Positions 32,739 to 34,069 of a stretch of 34,069 nt of DNA are shown piece by piece. The position numbers were made by a program, and so were the translations under genes. Position 1 is the first letter of the stretch; the number at the start of each line of letters is the position of its first letter. The notes under the pieces were generated by a model that did no database searches, was not told the DNA's origin, and was given only the letters and a program-made list of their open reading frames with translations. The DNA lies in assembly GCF_006345805.1 (NCBI RefSeq), contig NW_021832204.1, positions 1-34,069 of the forward strand, written 5' to 3'. The DNA comes from Octopus sinensis. Taxonomy: Eukaryota.

Positions 32739-34069
32739 TTAGGCATCACGCTTTGTTGGACATGTCAAGAGTCCTGTATCTTGACCCTGGCCGAAGCAGC
32801 AATTGTTGGGTTATTTTTAGAAATGTTGTAAATATCCTTTGTCAGAGATTTTTATATTTTTATATTTCAATTGTCATCATCATCATTGTCAGCACCTTAA
32901 TTATTGTTGCTAGTGGTGATGGTGGTGGCAATAGAACTTTAACCCTAAATAAGATAATTTTCCTGCTATCTTCGTCTTGATCACCTTTAGTATTGTTGTT
33001 GTTGTTAGTGGTCATGGTCGTAGCAGTGGAAGTAATACTATAAACACACAGACACACATCAATACCTAAATTTTAAGTCGTGCCATCCACCACATACAAA
33101 ACGTAACATCCCATACTGCCTAGCCAGAAGAAGTATTATTATTATTGCTTATTTAGCTTGGGTTCGAATTTATCAATAAAATTCTTTTCTCTGATTCTCC
33201 TCTCGATTTCTCTTGGGCTGTGTAATTTGTAGAACGGAAATATTATATACATTTTCCGGCCACATGTTGCTAGGTGGTTACTCAAAGGTATCTGACGGAC
33301 CTCTGGGTCTCTAATCTGTTGCCGGTGTACACGTGAGCGTTTCTATAGTGCGTTTCACGTCTGATCTACATATATTCTTCACAATTTGGGCATTTGATGC
33401 AGTAAATTAAATTTCTGCTTTTGCAGTTCATATTCGCGTTTGTGAATATTTTCCCTTTTTTGTGTTTATATATTGACCGGTATGTATGAATTGCATGTGC
33501 CACATCGGCTATCATTGCATTTAGATACCGTGAATGTTTGGTCTTTGTTGCTAAGGTCAAATTTTGCCTTTGTTAGTAATGTTTTCAATTTTTAGCTGTC
33601 TTTTTTTACTAAGCACCATAGCTCGATCCGTGATTATGTCTTTTAATTCATTACTTTGGGCAATGATTGGTAGGTTTGCTTTGGCAATGTTGAAGATATT
33701 CTGGTGACATGGGTTGTGTGTCACTATGAATGGTATGACTTGTTCTTGTTTTTCCTCTTTCCTTGGGTTGTCCTAAGTTGTTGTATGGGTATTTTTATAG
33801 CCCGCTGTATGCCATTTTCTATAAGTAGAGATGGGTATTTTTGTTTGAGCAAAAATTCTCTTAGTTCTATTAGGCGTTTGTTCCTGATATTTGCATCTTC
33901 TACAATGGTACAAATTCTTCTGGCTAGGCAGTATGGGATGTTACGTTTTGTATTGGTGGATGGCAACGACTTAATTTAGGTATTGATGTGTGTCTGTGTG
34001 TTTATAGTATATATTGTGGTGATGGTGGTGTCTTTTTAATTACCATTATATCTAGGAATGGTAATTGGT

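Larger units (their letters stand above)
32470..33990 (-). mobile_element. Degenerate Penelope-like element 3' part: RT thumb/linker, GIY-YIG endonuclease, 3' UTR/pLTR
   Basis: TKRNIPYCLARRICTIV..RLIELREFLLKQKYP, NLIYCIKCPNCEEY, then through frameshifts RVHRQQIRDPEVRQIPLSNHLATCG..FPFYKLH..REKNFIDKFEPKLNKQ* (stop ~33143). Confidence 0.9.

Overview
AT-rich, repeat-saturated eukaryotic DNA with no recognisable host gene. The (TA)n/(CA)n/(TACA)n microsatellite load and the SINE types suggest a cephalopod such as Octopus (inference only). The window is a mosaic of tRNA-derived SINEs, CR1-group and RLE-type LINE remnants, mariner and piggyBac fragments, non-autonomous Helitron-like elements and Penelope-like element (PLE) pieces. 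The most striking content is invisible to the ORF track: about 13 hammerhead ribozyme (HHR) motifs from about 6 unrelated sequence families. These include (i) a non-coding 487-495 bp head-to-tail repeat with a canonical type I HHR in each monomer (retrozyme-like, 26445-29628), (ii) a tRNA-headed SINE carrying an internal HHR (21238-21512), and (iii) several PLE-type insertions with an inverted arm and a 3' tail inside (TA)n tracts. The HHR repeat is itself interrupted by an apparently complete 1675 bp retroelement that encodes only a gag-like ORF1 (no RT or endonuclease), has a 17 bp target-site duplication, and shares its 3' terminus with a local SINE. A rearranged near-identical copy of part of this block lies about 20 kb away (7888-10431). 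Ribozyme folds were done by eye and activity is untested. Small indels between duplicated segments suggest some sequencing or assembly error. Boundaries of degenerate repeats are approximate.
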